Notes: generated by a model from the letters alone, not told the origin. 64,000 bases of DNA from Verrucomicrobiota bacterium (GCA_039818205.1 JBCBUK010000001.1:352001-416000), one strand, 5' to 3'. Shown: positions 61,901-64,000, counted from the stretch's first letter. Made by a program: numbers and translations.

Positions 61901-64000
61901 TGAGTCAAGTTTGAGAACGAGCCGATCGAGTTTAGGTAGGCAACAACGTAAGTATCGATGTTGAGGAAGGCCTCGAGCCCATCCCCACCAAGCAGGCTAT
62001 TGATCGAGACATCGGTGCCGAAAAGCTGACGGTCCAAAATCCCGCTGCTCTGAAGCGACTGGAGCAAGCTTGCTTTGAGCGATGAGACCAGATCGGCAAG
62101 CTCTTGCAAGGCGGCTTGATAGGCAACGGTATCAACCGCTTCGCCAATCGAGCCGATAATGTCCGGGAAGGTGAAAAGGATTGGGTTTGGTCCGGTCGCC
62201 GCACCGGTCAACGCCTTGAATAGTTCGGCGAGGCCATCGGTGCCATTGGCCGGATTGCTTTGAATACGCAGGTTAGGCTCAAGCGGAACTTCGAAGCCAA
62301 ACGCATCGACCACCACAGGCAGCTCGAGATCGAAACCACCGCGGCTTTCCAGATCAATGTTGTCAAACAGGTTTTCACTAAAGCGATAGAGGCCATCATC
62401 ACCAGATCCGCCGTCGCCATCGAGGACGAACGAGATCGCGGCAAAATCGCTCCGGTCGTTTTCATCGAGCAACTCAGGGTTCGTCGTTGCATCGCCGTCG
62501 GCATCGATCGTAAAGCGACCGCCTTCAGTCGAAATGGCCACGATGTCATTACCCAACGACATGCTTAAGTCCGTTCCGAGAACCTTAAAGCCAGCCTCAA
62601 TCTTGGTGCCATCGTTGAGACTCTCGTCAAAGTCATAGAAGAAGTTGTCAACCGGCTGGCCCGTTTCGCGCGGCCCGAGATCGACGCCATACCGGACATC
62701 AAGGCTCGCAAATCCCTTGATCATTACGCCACCGTCCTCAGTCGCGTCGAGGCTATCGATACCATCGAGCTCGGAACCCCCCTGCCCCGTCGCTGCCTTG
62801 AACGCACCGAGATCAAGTTTGAAGTTGAACATCTTCTCGAATGCGACGTCCAAATCGAGGTCGAGGCGCAGAACGTTGCCCTGCATGTAGGCACGGAAGA
62901 TATCCGTGTCGGTTTTGATATCGAGCCCGAGCTCGTCCATGATCAATCCGATCAACTTCTGAACATCATTCTCTGGGTCGAGCAATGCGGTTTCGACGGC
63001 GTCCACCGCATTGGTGATTTGCTGGTAAACGTCAAATATTTCGCGTACCGAAACGCCCAGGCCGGGCAGTTCCATGTTGTAAACGTCGACCGGCAACGAC
63101 TCATCGGTAATGAAGAATGGCAGCTGCGAAAAGGCCGAATCGATGTGATCACGGATACGACTGATACCGTCGAAAATGTCTTCGAGTCGGAGGTATTTGT
63201 AGAAAGACCAGATACCGGGAAGCTCCGATATATCGAGCTCCATATCAGCAGCATTATCGAGATCGGTAACGTTGAAGCTGATCGTAACTCCATTTGCTAC
63301 CGGGATGCCGCCCAGGCCAGTCTTCACCTTGATGCCGCGAAGTTCTGCATCGGCGGATCCGGACAAGTCAATGGCGAAGCTTCCATCCGAACTTCCATCG
63401 AGAACGCTTTGTAGCGCAAAGCGAGTTTGGCCTCCGGAATCAAGTGTTGCGACACTGCGGAAGTCCGTCTGCACCGTGCTTTCGAGACCGGATACATCAC
63501 CCAGTGTAACGCCAACAAATCCGAGACGACCCGAAGCATAGATCTCGCTCGCATCAAAGCTGACATCTCCGCTCAAGGTAAGATTGTCCAACTCCCAGAC
63601 CAGTGTTCCATCGCCGGTCGGCCCGTCGAGATCGGCGATGAGGTCAAAGCGACCACCCACTGTCGCGGCAATATCGACCAATCCATCCGTTACTAGGCCA
63701 ACGAGGTCGAAACCATAGTCATCCTGTAAATTAATATCGAGGTTCTGCAGACCGAATGGATCGAAGTCGTATCCGTCAAAATGCCGGATACTGATCAAGC
63801 CCAACTCGAAAAGATCTCCAACGGTGAGGAAACCTTCCTCTAGGATGTAATCCATGTCGACCAACTCGCCGAACTCCGAATCAACAATTGGGCCCAATCC
63901 AAGCACTTGTGCGAGCGGCACGGGCTCAAGATCAAGGCTATCCACATCGATCAGTCCAAGATCATCAAGATCTGCATGAGTGATCAGACCTGCGTTCGCC
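25972..64000 (-). CDS. Giant acidic repeat-rich surface/adhesin-like protein (>12,600 aa, 5'-partial)
   Basis: One uninterrupted ORF; the frame stays open upstream of 63945 to the window edge (ANAGLITHADLDDLGLIDV). It has RTX-like GGxGxD motifs, long filamentous-haemagglutinin-like beta-helix repeats, D/G/A/S/T-rich composition and a downstream terminator. Confidence 0.92.
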   Translation of the reverse strand, partial: ANAGLITHADLDDLGLIDVDSLDLEPVPLAQVLGLGPIVDSEFGELVDMDYILEEGFLTVGDLFELGLISIRHFDGYDFDPFGLQNLDINLQDDYGFDLVGLVTDGLVDIAATVGGRFDLIADLDGPTGDGTLVWELDNLTLSGDVSFDASEIYASGRLGFVGVTLGDVSGLESTVQTDFRSVATLDSGGQTRFALQSVLDGSSDGSFAIDLSGSADAELRGIKVKTGLGGIPVANGVTISFNVTDLDNAADMELDISELPGIWSFYKYLRLEDIFDGISRIRDHIDSAFSQLPFFITDESLPVDVYNMELPGLGVSVREIFDVYQQITNAVDAVETALLDPENDVQKLIGLIMDELGLDIKTDTDIFRAYMQGNVLRLDLDLDVAFEKMFNFKLDLGAFKAATGQGGSELDGIDSLDATEDGGVMIKGFASLDVRYGVDLGPRETGQPVDNFFYDFDESLNDGTKIEAGFKVLGTDLSMSLGNDIVAISTEGGRFTIDADGDATTNPELLDENDRSDFAAISFVLDGDGGSGDDGLYRFSENLFDNIDLESRGGFDLELPVVVDAFGFEVPLEPNLRIQSNPANGTDGLAELFKALTGAATGPNPILFTFPDIIGSIGEAVDTVAYQAALQELADLVSSLKASLLQSLQSSGILDRQLFGTDVSINSLLGGDGLEAFLNIDTYVVAYLNSIGSFSNLTQVTIATGLIDYLTANWLPTLPGFDASTGVGPLSFVQIKDSEGKVTGFKAVFDGDYAFSRNVNLDIAGDLEGAGFNLEGDLDFALDLEAALDFEFGIDLADPSSPDVFFNFDELFLGASVASDEELFAAVNFGPLGASIGSPDGEKGKVALALSARVADEGGELVFEPNASVDVDLPIYAKVGDNFIGGDAGAPLASLRYLNLNLFDGLANEADLDDLLAVQFLDLAQLATNGLITAADIDAAYRLSVDALVAAGVASQAELEAIAHLNLTDLLDAGTVSLSELAANGLLSVEQFTDLDFTALLPLVEQGIAAIADLVASGFVEITDLKSNAETNLAALIASGESTLAELVDAGLILVSDLADLGSEDLDTLLSSGAVTLQQLVDAGRVTAAEISGTAFRAATDIVSAGVATNAELTDAGLVDPSGNVLLAELIASGLADFSEVFSNGLIAVGDLKDLGAAALLDLISENAAIASGLVAQSYLEATDILADATVVIQDLFDSALTEFAQLADSGLLVIDNFVTLGEARVLSLVEDGVATIEDLVGEGIIDANALLADAEVALSDLTTAGLATAAELADQLIIDAQELINSGTATLADLIDNNLLSRFDLADLGEVTYSTLESLSLLDPNLFGLSALGLDNLGLSLSALVAGYVDQLADEVLDLKDQIEPRFDDNGQQISDHPLSNQLPGFNASLDDILGLTEILSVGDFIKRYVDPVLGRDPSGTARETFAAPVYENGLPSIGGLLEYLEAEWLPSLQGEAGDYLTWNLTEEGFSLSFDKDFTYQTLMELALSQDIEAIGFRFTGDANFLADVTGNVAFDIDLNTETGDFDFDLTNLGFQANIDSDDFVLGAEVGPLAVSIGREGADKGEVGLALGGSVSLVNGQLGFQPGENRLDVSLPIYGSLPGIDFNRDNTPRINLEGDLFDGLEFSTENFDELLDFSNFSVVDGIIMIQDVLAWLRDFREADLFATEIPFIGVELGDILDFATAFDDQILSKIDFNRPRVDLFAAVNGSMAEGSDILTSAGGAFTEEMAGERITLDGIGEFRVEEFIDSENIRIAYTADAALTLLSFAVHRPIEQIRTLDELIDSINRAGILPDGLSVSFDPVTKQFRMPFAFGLALAPINNLPLEFDFDLGPLEINPEGTVNLDTTVAGGFDLVIDFSAQGLPELMIDNVEVTGDVNFEIADDPSTPESEALGAEAILGFARIAAGGAETGSNLTFNATATATLDRDLNSETEGDRLFTFLDLINGDLFDSFNFDFSGDAAAVLRGFELEAGPFQVDIPAEEELSITIPDLLDFSTVEVVLPNFPTELNFKDLDFATIIGAIRDGVDFLDQTLADMPFYTTQIPVVNTSLEDVFSFISDFSAALEEVANDPVAAIQDVEAKIEQALGINDDNTKPLHEQKFGFALNGEVLDVHFNIGALFSDTFIFNLDAETLATLVGSSNASFFEGLSNFLDAGAVVEFQAFVDAILDIGIDFSDTTSPEIFFREFDPNFDPNSGGLAGTHVEVGARILGEDLTLAFGFGELNVGVRDGLVVLNSDGNPDTVAAANVNSGLLSTGFASALVSLNGSGGLDFDFTGALDIQLPVSLSVFGLDVPLGSDNVMRFRTLDNQSIGSLFDSLQSGVAGGASSFLEFTPIDFSGIFEAQGGQFSLLGILNDPSSILDGVDLALGSLENIFGSSLAQDIPLVGDKLAKAATFLSDIRNGLLSDLREKLSGNGKAIEVIRDSLWDLFGTSGLDIILDNNGDSRVTKDDVIAIWFDENAVRIKDWEEGDEIPENADAIEFDLNLGSTLFSTGIDIPLAFDLPGLSLDIDGGFAFELDWMFDFNFGLSLKDGFYLGVDPTQAELEVGVDVFLDGKPLDPSINTRFTGTGQLLFFQATVEDQDSNPDRAGFQAGGLRGGLSIDILGGNPNDSDEVDDRRLTIDELFSRRVSDTFDIDFGLDANLNLGIELAIAGASGLPTLKADFVVDWAWDLANGASTPNIGLQNLRIDVGSFVSKFLKPIVDEINDVLDPFRPVVDTLTARIAGLDKILDEPNLIGLINLALKLKGKKPVDFSFVYEVQNFLNLVDQINGLLSVDGEILLGNIAGLGTRNVQATQADMDVSLASFEEIKALNNSRPNTERSGSVTTGSEARSGFRFDYIWDIGNWTQLLTGGDATLFTYELPLLSVGFDFRQTLVTFPLGPVIFNIDAFGGFNATADLAFGYDTFGIRKAIETGDASKVFDGFFVADKSVASNFTEEKPELSFGAHIGLAAAINIVVVEAGLEGLLELNVDLDLQDVAIPTLYELIDEDGNRAANYDDLIGRIDTMFTFDGVVYGQDFESDGKIRGSEIKTLFEFENRGLANLINVDGDLSLKIRAFVDVGIKIPFVGKIMKRIINITLVDATLFEFEYKAAFPQPTLGRLEGKTLHINAGPDASKREYFDTIDGGENFEVFGDSNRVYVIFNDWVQIFDKGEVEHIVVDLGEGDDTFDASRLRDVTVEVAGSRGRDRIFLGEAGGSADGGEGDDIIDAQAATAAVEIHGGLGDDQIFGGSAGDLLFGDAGEDRIIAGLGDDEIHGGLGVDDLRGEEGNDTYYFDDGFDRDRFTDRDGIVTLDFGEVSDDLTVTVSRSGVTVLASDGSEIRAQRADVDDVVLGTGDDLVLINEFREDVLNFTDSGGNDQYRALLGLAQSPKAIGTVNIFDTTGGFDEVIAEQKYALAAVELNRYQIRNGREVLNFSGDIERQTMIGKGAQFNGRDFIGDVVDFGGDVRVTTGSTNNGISDLGDIDIRFIADTVNTLSHIKANNIFVDVLETLDADASLEALSSIIVNAEFIDIDAPLVKAPTIDFNVLDGISIDGRVEATTFTADSVSLVFNGSMNADDVTWNIAENVLLTGDFTSNNLWEINATTLVTSGTIQTRDAIWNLVDSVTMDGTFNSSKFWDVDANSLNLSGTANTVDVDWDITTTAVVDGDFNSTSLWDIVANAVEIFGAIVSADIEWDVATHVALDATVAGSGLFHVMAGSMTTTRRIDYRNSIWRIEQGDLAVYDVFNATSNGFIDIILEGANAVADLNNRLSVSSGVNDDQQGSGYIEIKVPLGTLDLDAATFRAANSYLALSAMGFTDKIVSTVRTITLSTTADLDQAGGSDWADIWVEETDDLTIVAKDLTLDGVNNPTGIVSSFGHVDIDLIDAESLLTLQSGTLRADAPNKDIALMADDMEFNAGANTIIATGNLYVRSTTEAYQYTFGTAAEDFTGLDEFAGGYSGGSIDLSQSLDLDTTDLAALKDGFAKLHFSRFDSNGNRIANDFYFGHAEFRDDAEFIADTITIQGEVEFYEDQVRDFGNDVTFHSREMLVDIESLHAPVPPTGSSITAHDIVINAEDMAEIRGNLYASNSVQVDAGSGQEDVSLIVSGIVKVGAWTRDTSNPAHALTAADAADTRFGVDADQMVFNDSFIDMQSVDDFRVSGFINVYGDDSTIVLHADADFFQETSAIQHFGSRLDSALTSIAVSAGERAEIRGRIDAGVQDGAVSKFVLPAASVLRDTDTAEYEYRDYTLLGNETNVTIDTGNRLIIGGFVAAADTVEVSSGTDVSGDSFVLETSGLIVQKGDNSDLVIQTPEDAIIDGVIAITGSNSGILIDSQQAVLVEGKLFSAGGVDVTAGSDPTDESFVLGTAGTLLAMDGAVRVTGQNAGSDNAIIHGEVVAVGQGADVTIEFDEFVEIGNGNAPSRIYADDSITIDGGDDESTHSVFVQVNANVISYRADNAQVNIFGVDRIEIADFVQTYGDGALIKAYTPGDFKMVESGRFEARGADSLIDIEGTNYVFIGGAVIAGVEIIETQTTNADGEIVFERTYNEIGARGDARVYSAQDVDIPGAITTSRDMDITADASTDGVALFIGGTLYSLAENSSIELLSVDDLVVLGNVTAAGVNSDIIAKSTGAALLDGFMISRDQIVVRASGQDDEGRSVVIGDTARLISGQTVFGPGETPTDVDADSATDPYVTVDSEVVEEQISIFGDGRVDIIGSVRTTDLGADIKIGATNRVLIDSSVEANDQVIIRSGDDADGIGVDITSIGGLRSVGDTGTGLVDVQSAGRMRSLGLLEASGLDGEVRVAAQEQVSIGGEVTNLAGNQVIAAGRVFASRLIDISGGTDASGISVQVYGSSEIATTDRDSEINIAAVGDASLLGAIVAGGEFEVVSDIDTGRILGREVRVFDETVYGAESLTSIDITSSSQVEIGLSLVAGKSIRVLGGDDPFTPGDPNSGKSVLIFGSAEVRTLSSNSHIEIAGTKRVDVFGRPYQKIVEPAGFPDHSDGQIAEDVTFTFSLNQGSTTVTETVTLAKADTATNILFADLVQDLQNAIDAVPGMVDSVTGSRLDVGLRNGKIVFTTGGADFTIQGGANADILGLEANAATAQAAVDAPAAISAIKANSSVTLDSAPKYEVAPTGLISSPDGRLTADVHLSVMLMANGSMVDADVVLTREATANNGNIWNLVDDLQAVLDAEFGADAFRVQVSNERLLITSLNEFSVTPGSGASQLGFATGSMTAQLSTGGKLFVGGNIESYTEIGLLSGIDTEQGRDIEIDVSGGLRTIDGDIILDAGQNGYVLGDLIAGGDDRSVKIHSNRSLIVGGIISANGDIVITAGVEFDENGLLVNTTPLTAGERSLWLQDIGSLTLSDDSSGNPSDGSIIIKGRNDVFIDNTVEAPGADQHIDLESVDGTLEIGSASGRIIATGTIALAGQDIVINGVIESDADLTLISGEIQDHAIEIHAADQLTVDASIRAEGSINMSGADVSMRSIVEAGFDVNGDGSLANHDHELTISGDDLVLGGIELIPGTSQRRQVGGKLLATDLISLDFTGIIQILAANEIITTANDSQLIVDAGTHLSLLGALKAGDLDKTPTTADTATITLEADQLITVGGIGVNQDGFDELITGSAQAVGQVKVRTLDDSVATGLVLREGSFFRTTGNREFANGDTFFEIDIATSSGIDLSGNLFAEGDDSDLKVDASGVAFGTDGGQVEVNTSLFSDDELLIAGGNDASGFSIRLGAVQFETDSSGNFILDAAGERIYRAGGLIDASDTGSITLKTKQDIEIAGMVGRVFSQEVSPGVFTAAVDVPTITIDTRDESNVATGDLIVTGLINANRLVDIDVKDMIAWESGVVIARGPTGEVDIDAAGIVSIFENPEVTGRALVAAQSRLNIDAKDLVISGTIEGRGSSSHIRLHANDTVQISGVVAAENTVEILAGELSGPSEFASDADGDALILGAAIITAEGKGIAANLDSVVIRAATDVRVEAASSVGGEKQIADPYLVRRDTIVSVPVGERRILDPNNPTITEVVYIPFETTYLKEIGTEKVPVGRQFKTFDVGIDQTGWFKLGSGQTFNNPNGVTGTIREVGVDGNPELNKTGQGATQTWSADYIAGGEDGYRKLYDLNYVLGSGEVFTVKNGIDLTLIKRSSLTDFNNGASAANQIDEIPGSTYSGFAYIATTDFEAHFSRANDGFIWVPDWHVSTLTDANSKIVHVSHILGDVYDQLPAAERPDYYVRVPDGLDPATDIKKSIFVSNDPTSNEVIGQTRIDANADIHQIGWWFQGWKESVDLNTRIDSNAFINSTWQSRWNSTWGSLSDANLTISDFLDARAQLNNPDDTRDANFQTGVQKPTGSNSQYWREWYVFEADNSHRDVQLNEASGTTTYDYADAPSYWASNNFKTRYVEELGQYVLLPESSTVGEDADQDLIDEAIYGNLTRILSSIYDLNWDNNSGAFVWDFNARADKEIDGLNSNSINQRQIPTYADEVARNVSIFKGTFNEWLGSDYPILYDVEFLISDNDTAPDSATADKVSQGADGYPSGTVLGTTTVNVGNYDFDIVLISGGAFDDFDNNLEGTSIENYSITGSTSGVDERRTGFLNLRRVNVPWTATATVYTGDSADVSRGTNETGDHWKVGFDKDGGTTVDPRDTDVHWTNTGQYDFYVRVTDSGVNHGRVFVDAGGNFVDVDNLPTDLAFDENGTDFTVERLTNVFKTDSTNATTRANGTNSITSRYDERRFVADTATRSWDQVAVDFEWQYQGKRVDDGRNVQVSGGHSSNNDYWQQDLEWTLNGVPQGNTSQSNPRPQAIYSNEQYSSRPYTEYKRVDLFEDRKHYETRWVYDWKDVTDARTHFNYQVVTNPEIIEDDVIQFQEVTETQYEERTVTRNNWITETVYQDRVITEYERVPEDERDVNFGVFESESVVSNLGNIRIEAGNLAKIGAIINATASGAEINVSSGAETNVGGSLPAGSSAEDSIAANAVLKARGEIRLASSGDVNIEQAAQVGQVVKTIDVSDIADSNYRLTGNLELTLETTTLPSAKVSISAASTSGFTTLEELEEAIVTAISEAGFGRIDVQINDEGTLVFAGAWFTISAQLAGAAISITTDSTTNRVFIDATDNVLIDGFVTAVDRVDIDADANIDLFGEITAGNRIDSTAGSGGSTRVGSQTGNVQGILRVLNNNAIIDLDSGVNGGDLILADTDLIADSGNIFLTAQRGEVEHLRGKIVADQLNISARDGIVANTEVGRLVAVVTAAGDIEITEADNLVLDNITAQNGSISIEALGDVDARLVHTLGTTDANDITISTIDPSRVLSTNDLKTNEADLIVRRVEAGGQGDVSFYVQGELSHAQLNGTWYWVKADQLIVEAAGANDAAIDLRTDVAGLTLETTFGDTSIEIDERNAITIHAATILDGSFELKAGGAITAERIDLLANSRTSSGGTETFDSVTLETTSGDIIVGLINAGGYIESEAARDELLAQDFPLSSFGRVVLDSAARIRDLDDSDEVDIIALDAEFDARTGILGLDTALDTLIRATVTGAGDIEISDRAAPFAPDFGLNIQSVTAANGDVTIEAAETLQVGFLQDNNGTATLTQGRITALGSGHSVTLGAIAGDIVINEFSGNETLEAGSGVILNAGRDISLFGDVRAPDRLEFRAGATIGTAGEALSFSARTIILESGESITIDGDLRGTDLVEVIANAGNINLTGSISGQSGGQLKEVSLIARGNQISQPHFIAESSNPLLVGLYQFEANGSTYYKDSRNADTGLIYRLQSGSLVEASVDRTTLAKKNFADGSLIGLYRFQSQGNVYYKDSPDLIGGSVFVLNGNVLESVVAPQDLDLIPMLTITKQARQDSAGLAVWETPAGVEYLENQFGDFFGLTRTTIGSASVVLYEDNTGFTFWVDESNGDIYRRQNPGTGAFLTSFPQITDAAELAALRDVIQRDYTPISNPASLNLRQIFDDVSLGNIIVEDGASFDASEAVTLNAQREIFGANLNISVTGANSEINLSSGGNLILNSNLSAASISLGSTGYFNDTGIYTGGSLNLTGNFSATSSLSLIANRSISGNLDLSTNDLVEIISGEDIQLGSATIAAKNVRLVSTGFIDNGGTWQGGNIDVAATTINATDSVSFNARKNLTAQLDDLTVSNLIDVSVGNNLALGTTSNPTTLNAANIVLASLGYSDDGVNLFGGSVDITNTTLNASASVALTARKSVRAQFNSLTASESIEITTGDALTIASGDSLTSKNIRLATNQGLTISGDLTGSESVDLSAADTISVGGNIRSSGSVEIVTESGLTLNGSIAGISGDAADITISTDDGIILNGSVTADVQLALLAGRDGSGSITANQLTAGNIVLEAGVVSGSITLRNGVQASGSIEATAESGSVRTTHATARIAGSDLTVNAATGIDLRTHVASINAVTGAGNLTLNEADALRALDVVADGQRVDITTGGDLELGYVSAGETGNVLLNAGRDIIEIVAVDDEFDLVAQTGSIIAGRNIGVGIDADRNPEISIERITSLSGAAVYIDFAGAGDIDIGTLITTQEVNLFTDGNITGQLLQTSGQTVTLNAGSGAITIDTINAQGGDVNLTAGSGVDSNVYGGTVTVIAGPTPIDGDLANVDLGTGSISVLNVTIDGAGDLTGELSGPVTLGDISVGDGVVDLSATGTITVENLVSPIDRDTNDVTLESETGDIVIENLDAGLRGDVTLTATSGSVTTAVGGLLSGDAITINAEGPIDIDTVIGSLTASVEAGQAITVREQDNIVLTDIDLIGGDLTVVAGGSINAANIDSAGGDISLSTQTGGNGNLIIGDINAGTGNVSIDINGSIVGNGGTPGVITANTLGVTAAGSINVNTDVDSLDLTTTSQGDVAITEADAIILNSVSVRNGDLSLTAGGTITVNSVISELEGTIELIANSGTGDSGNLIIDLIDAGASGSIIARAAGYIREIGGAGNDSEADLIAGVADLSAGNRIGGSTDRSLDLELDLETVTAVAGSDLRVSNVSDLLIDRIDANGLINIAVAGDLNGGGIVGDGNSITLDAEGRITLDAVESVGADISITAGEGASTSVKANKLTVRSAGAQLSGEYSILDAVMTGEGSLAATSSGQLTVDQAETVDGLIRISANGLIVKTARSQTNSDFNDIELGAGTGVLEIGTVNAGSLGDLSLQANGAIRMSTNGLITGDELKINAGSTVNLKTAVTKLDANGTSFTLNETDGLEILDLETAGPINVVSGGRLIALDVATTGTISLTGTDLDLGNIDAGSQLTLNAAGNVRMVNVPVGAQPFELDAATLGVTATGGIDVTTTVGTATLVSTGAGAIRIADEGAIVVGNVTAANGPISIIADSISGLTGTAVTVSGSSAFNSISLDATNGNIEDLVVDAGSSGDVLVTANGTVEATVSGALLEVAAGGAIDLTTTVDELSAITTQLGSIEVAETDSLTLRNVTSANGPIVVSAGGLLQANRVVSSTSGATSTIDLTAGTGVIVGLIEAGAAGQIILDAGDSISELNPDDADTDLLAQSLVLKAGGSIGSAGQQIETSAGSIDANATALYLNSQVALNLTAAVDNVGIEVTGQLTVESLVASNSGDYRLAASEDILVSLIDASSTGNIELEAGGDILEVSATDTADDLIASSVKLKAGGNIGSTTDPDRNLEIAAGSLTLEGTNLILSLDQSAELILIASGIIDVVVQGDATIREATSAGGVIRIDASGNLLVDEVDAGSTGSIDLAAGGSILELGNDSEADIVARELNAVAGNAILELETALQVIAATASAGSIVLNEQDDLEASLNAAGSIGLVIGGSLTSSGDLVAGEAVNVDAAGDIHLGLGESIAAGTRLHLDALGALDLRGALVATTEVSLKAGALTKTTLAQTLSVGGAIEIDTAGDLELYGALTAGNDLTINSGGSLVSTAALASTAGALRLTATNALSAQSIAGGTDSLVQAESITILGGASMGASLDLMADTTLSLSGPLVVAGALNANAGGALAMNGTLDANSVSVVAESASFGGSIDSTSSVDVVVDDALSVSGSVTAGGSLSFDSTNGTILVSGALDSGGTLVLSANDLIEVQDAVSAGSAVSISTEGQFTLSSGGISSGGSIDLLATSGATIGGQITAAGGLTGETDGSLQISGSVEVGQGLVLDAGAALTISGSLDSQQGEVTLDSGSDLTIGGAVEAATNLTLNALGAIAIEGSLAAGQSIVAESGSSFSLVDGGIDAGNDVSITAPVSVSIDGAITAGGELAITTDGQLSVAGEASVAGNLNLVSGSSLTIAGDVSSLSGAANLSAVDAIELIGSVTTGLGATLDAGDDLDILGSIQSGENVSLSGENIALTGGGVDADGNVEIVAAAELTVGGPINAGGLIDVQADQAISIAGDISANTSVILATPSDLSLTGSIASIAGSTIVSAENVDLDGSVDAGSSAGITATEALSISGDIDAGGDANLIAGTFFTLTGGGVSANGSILVDAVSGVLINGPMQAGGSITADTAGALTIGGSIDGGANVTLRSGQNLSVTGGVDAGALLNVNADGLIDIDGALTAADSVTINGQLAVSISGDIRSSTGDISVSSDDSLSVEGSVNAGGMAVLTSTTSASISGSIVSGAETAINAGGDFDLSGGGITSATDTSINAANILVNGPILAGGSINVTAVDTLEIAGQVEAVTDLLLAAGSAITVNGGLKTTAGNIQVSAGAGLAIEGSVLSGSALSLDALGRITIEGDLGAAESLTIDAGSDFALNGGAVTSGNSTSIETDGSVTIDGPISSGNELTIDAGNTVTIAGAANAESQVQITSGGTLLVQGSLQSTLSDVTIESADRLTIDGTVSAGDNASLSAVQDISVSGNLTTNGDLTLESDAAFNLTGGGIASGGTVELITGAQATIAGPVLSGEDFIADAGGLISIAGLVTAMRNADFTAGGNIQIDDDVTAQDGTLRLNATGNVIVDGNLTSGSSTTVDSVGATRILGSIAAGGSAIVQAAAFVEIEGDINAGATAGIVSARDIDLTGSIVAGSTINLQAIAGALSITGELDAGGSVLASANGNFTLAGGGIIAGARVSVDVGEDVVVNGPISSGLATEITSGGLIDVKGTIDSGAQIDLNSGDIVTVTGSLDAAHAVSVDAAGAVTVAGSVDAGGLGAITAGSDILIDGSIATGADLNLDSSGLISVVGSLDSGNRLSGIALNTITIAGQVRAALNASLIAGERISVSGDIATGNDLTILSGGDFSFTQMIDAGGSAIIETATEVELAAGSQIVTARDLTIDAGTVFNLAGIGSVGGNFALTSGQESVITGELGVTGDSSVTTGSFFELNNALVTMTGAVAVSTGSDLILSTSTLAMSGGDATMSVGGSVDLTDSALALLDGNLVMNAGASISAVRSTLSVENGSSSIDTGADLRITDSSAATFTNGSVEVSTVGSVNVTDESSFAITTGDLDLGAGESLLVDLDSQLTVTTGSIALSTGSDFTIRDRSTVRVTDGDLIGTVGGDLAITNASVLEVINGQLDLGITGDLSLTNSAHLNTIGDVALSEGGTWVVDDSSEVTIEGSATFEAGLDTTIAGLVAVTNNLDLTLGGELNLSGSVLAGNDFDLTTGGDSNITGTLAAGNDGSLDVGGSLVVEPTGLIETGNDLAIKTGDDLLLDGAIRAGGQISFEIGGDFVLNGELSVRDLILTVGGDFLVTGSITAEELMQIAAGGRFTIADTAALQARIAQLSAGGDFDIFGRLNTNLVDGEVHLSSGGLLFMRSADPLTSHLLSAEAVNGIMLQTEVNDVIRSHSESGILEIHETDSIILRSVTNADGKIRVKALDDIFAHDVESITDANGNNSLLLSLDGDIYIDRVFAGREHGQVSLSAAGEIIQIDEDDELDLQANTALFYAKDKIFGRGGQGNMKDFDWNVDRFNRDTGRDLHAGYIKNDFELFVDVEGKINVDLAGDLLVTYAESEDRDIRLNAYKGSITVEYLVTNDSKYGKIDISARDGLELVDFNFAREKGLIDAAEDLKINVYGRPGDVALNSHVFVGDDADWSVSGGSLTLNDALTVGGKLKISSRDGDTTTVAGTIVAGDKIEITAYDGFASISADISAGDEIKIKAEDEITIDANITAGDKVEILSWDDSIHLNGDLQAGGDFSMKAEKGLIDLEGDIESTGKIELEAWAGGIGLVGDLTAGKEIKVGSEGDIVFSGVVTAGKGVEFKSWGGMLELQTPITARDTVKLESKADLSFDGSIVTNKNVEFKAWNGELNAFAIIEARESVKIQSEKALALHGSVTTPKDIEVDSWNSTATIAADLDGEKFKLNGAKGLEFFGDAVAKKDGELKASGDIVIGELARLETKEDLKIENSNYNQDIRGLVAVTGDKKLTIKARDVDLTGALFSAGEIDLSLGGSFNIDGLLYAEEKVDGWIAKGYSVDGFAGSKHGEWKLQSGGDIEINGIVASGGSDIEIKTQHNLRLGSDAYVTSWNNNRASKIFLEAGKDVQLGGLLNGSDVRAEKDWWREVDTAPYEGSIDNAAYLNRVRSVVDGLGFADGSDLIGASNSNEILESLREHFTVPAANWSVGDTVNISLHGSEVVAVDEALVDGDPVLVASDTELFGELTGAVQTIAHPLTEESAELFLYVVLLDGDGTLQVEGLHDWSADDSGDTVNDFDYVVTVKDFSYEPADEDDDYLDETQVAELVTVDGEGADAPSSSSGGFLDSALAVLNFFGWGK
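54160..54504 (-). repeat. RTX-like Ca2+-binding nonapeptide cluster within the giant protein
   Basis: DLGEGDDTF, GGEGDDII, GGLGDDQIFGGSAGDLLFGDAGEDRIIAGLGDDEIHGGLGVDDLRGEEGNDTYYF. Confidence 0.85.
60020..61270 (-). repeat. About 33-aa (3x11) helical protein repeat block within the giant protein
   Basis: Units such as LAALIASGEST-LAELVDAGLIL-VSDLADLGSED and LDTLLSSGAVT-LQQLVDAGRVT-AAEISGTAFRA. Confidence 0.75.

Noticed and set aside
26438..63696. Many plus-strand ORFs up to 529 aa (e.g. 36770-38359, 35525-36733, 30515-31558)
   Set aside because: They are antisense shadows of the giant gene's biased codons (S/P/I/T/V-rich, no motifs) and not credible genes.
63943..63945. GTG at 63945 as the start of the giant protein
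   Set aside because: The frame is open and repeat-like up to position 64000, so the true start lies outside the window.

Overview
Bacterial window with three parts. A Verrucomicrobiota/PVC-like host is inferred from the PEP-CTERM gene, the RAYT-type remnants and the giant-protein style; this is not shown directly. (1) 1-22021 is a divergently transcribed exopolysaccharide locus. It encodes a Wzx flippase, four GT4, one GT2, a priming sugar transferase and a DUF4114/PEP-CTERM protein. Interleaved is a signalling set: H-NOX, two His kinases, a RsbW-kinase/GAF/PP2C fusion, a lone REC and a lone STAS. A WecB/TagA glycosyltransferase carries two fused STAS domains. There is also a nucleotidyltransferase-like protein, an NPP/alkaline-phosphatase-family enzyme and a CBS-type Mn-pyrophosphatase. 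No sigma factor is present, so the partner switch may act directly on a glycosyltransferase. (2) 22018-25921 holds a class-3 lipase, a secreted non-specific endonuclease and a small AT-rich island. The island has two paralogous membrane-protein genes delimited by GGGGTCA/TGACCCC motifs and bracketed by two internally deleted RAYT-like (Y1 HUH) transposase stubs. (3) 25972-64000 is the 3' 38 kb of one uninterrupted minus-strand ORF (>12,600 aa, open to the window edge). It is a giant acidic surface/adhesin-like protein with RTX motifs, beta-helix repeats, a 33-aa helical repeat and inserted non-repetitive domains. All calls come from reading motifs by eye; no database searches were run.
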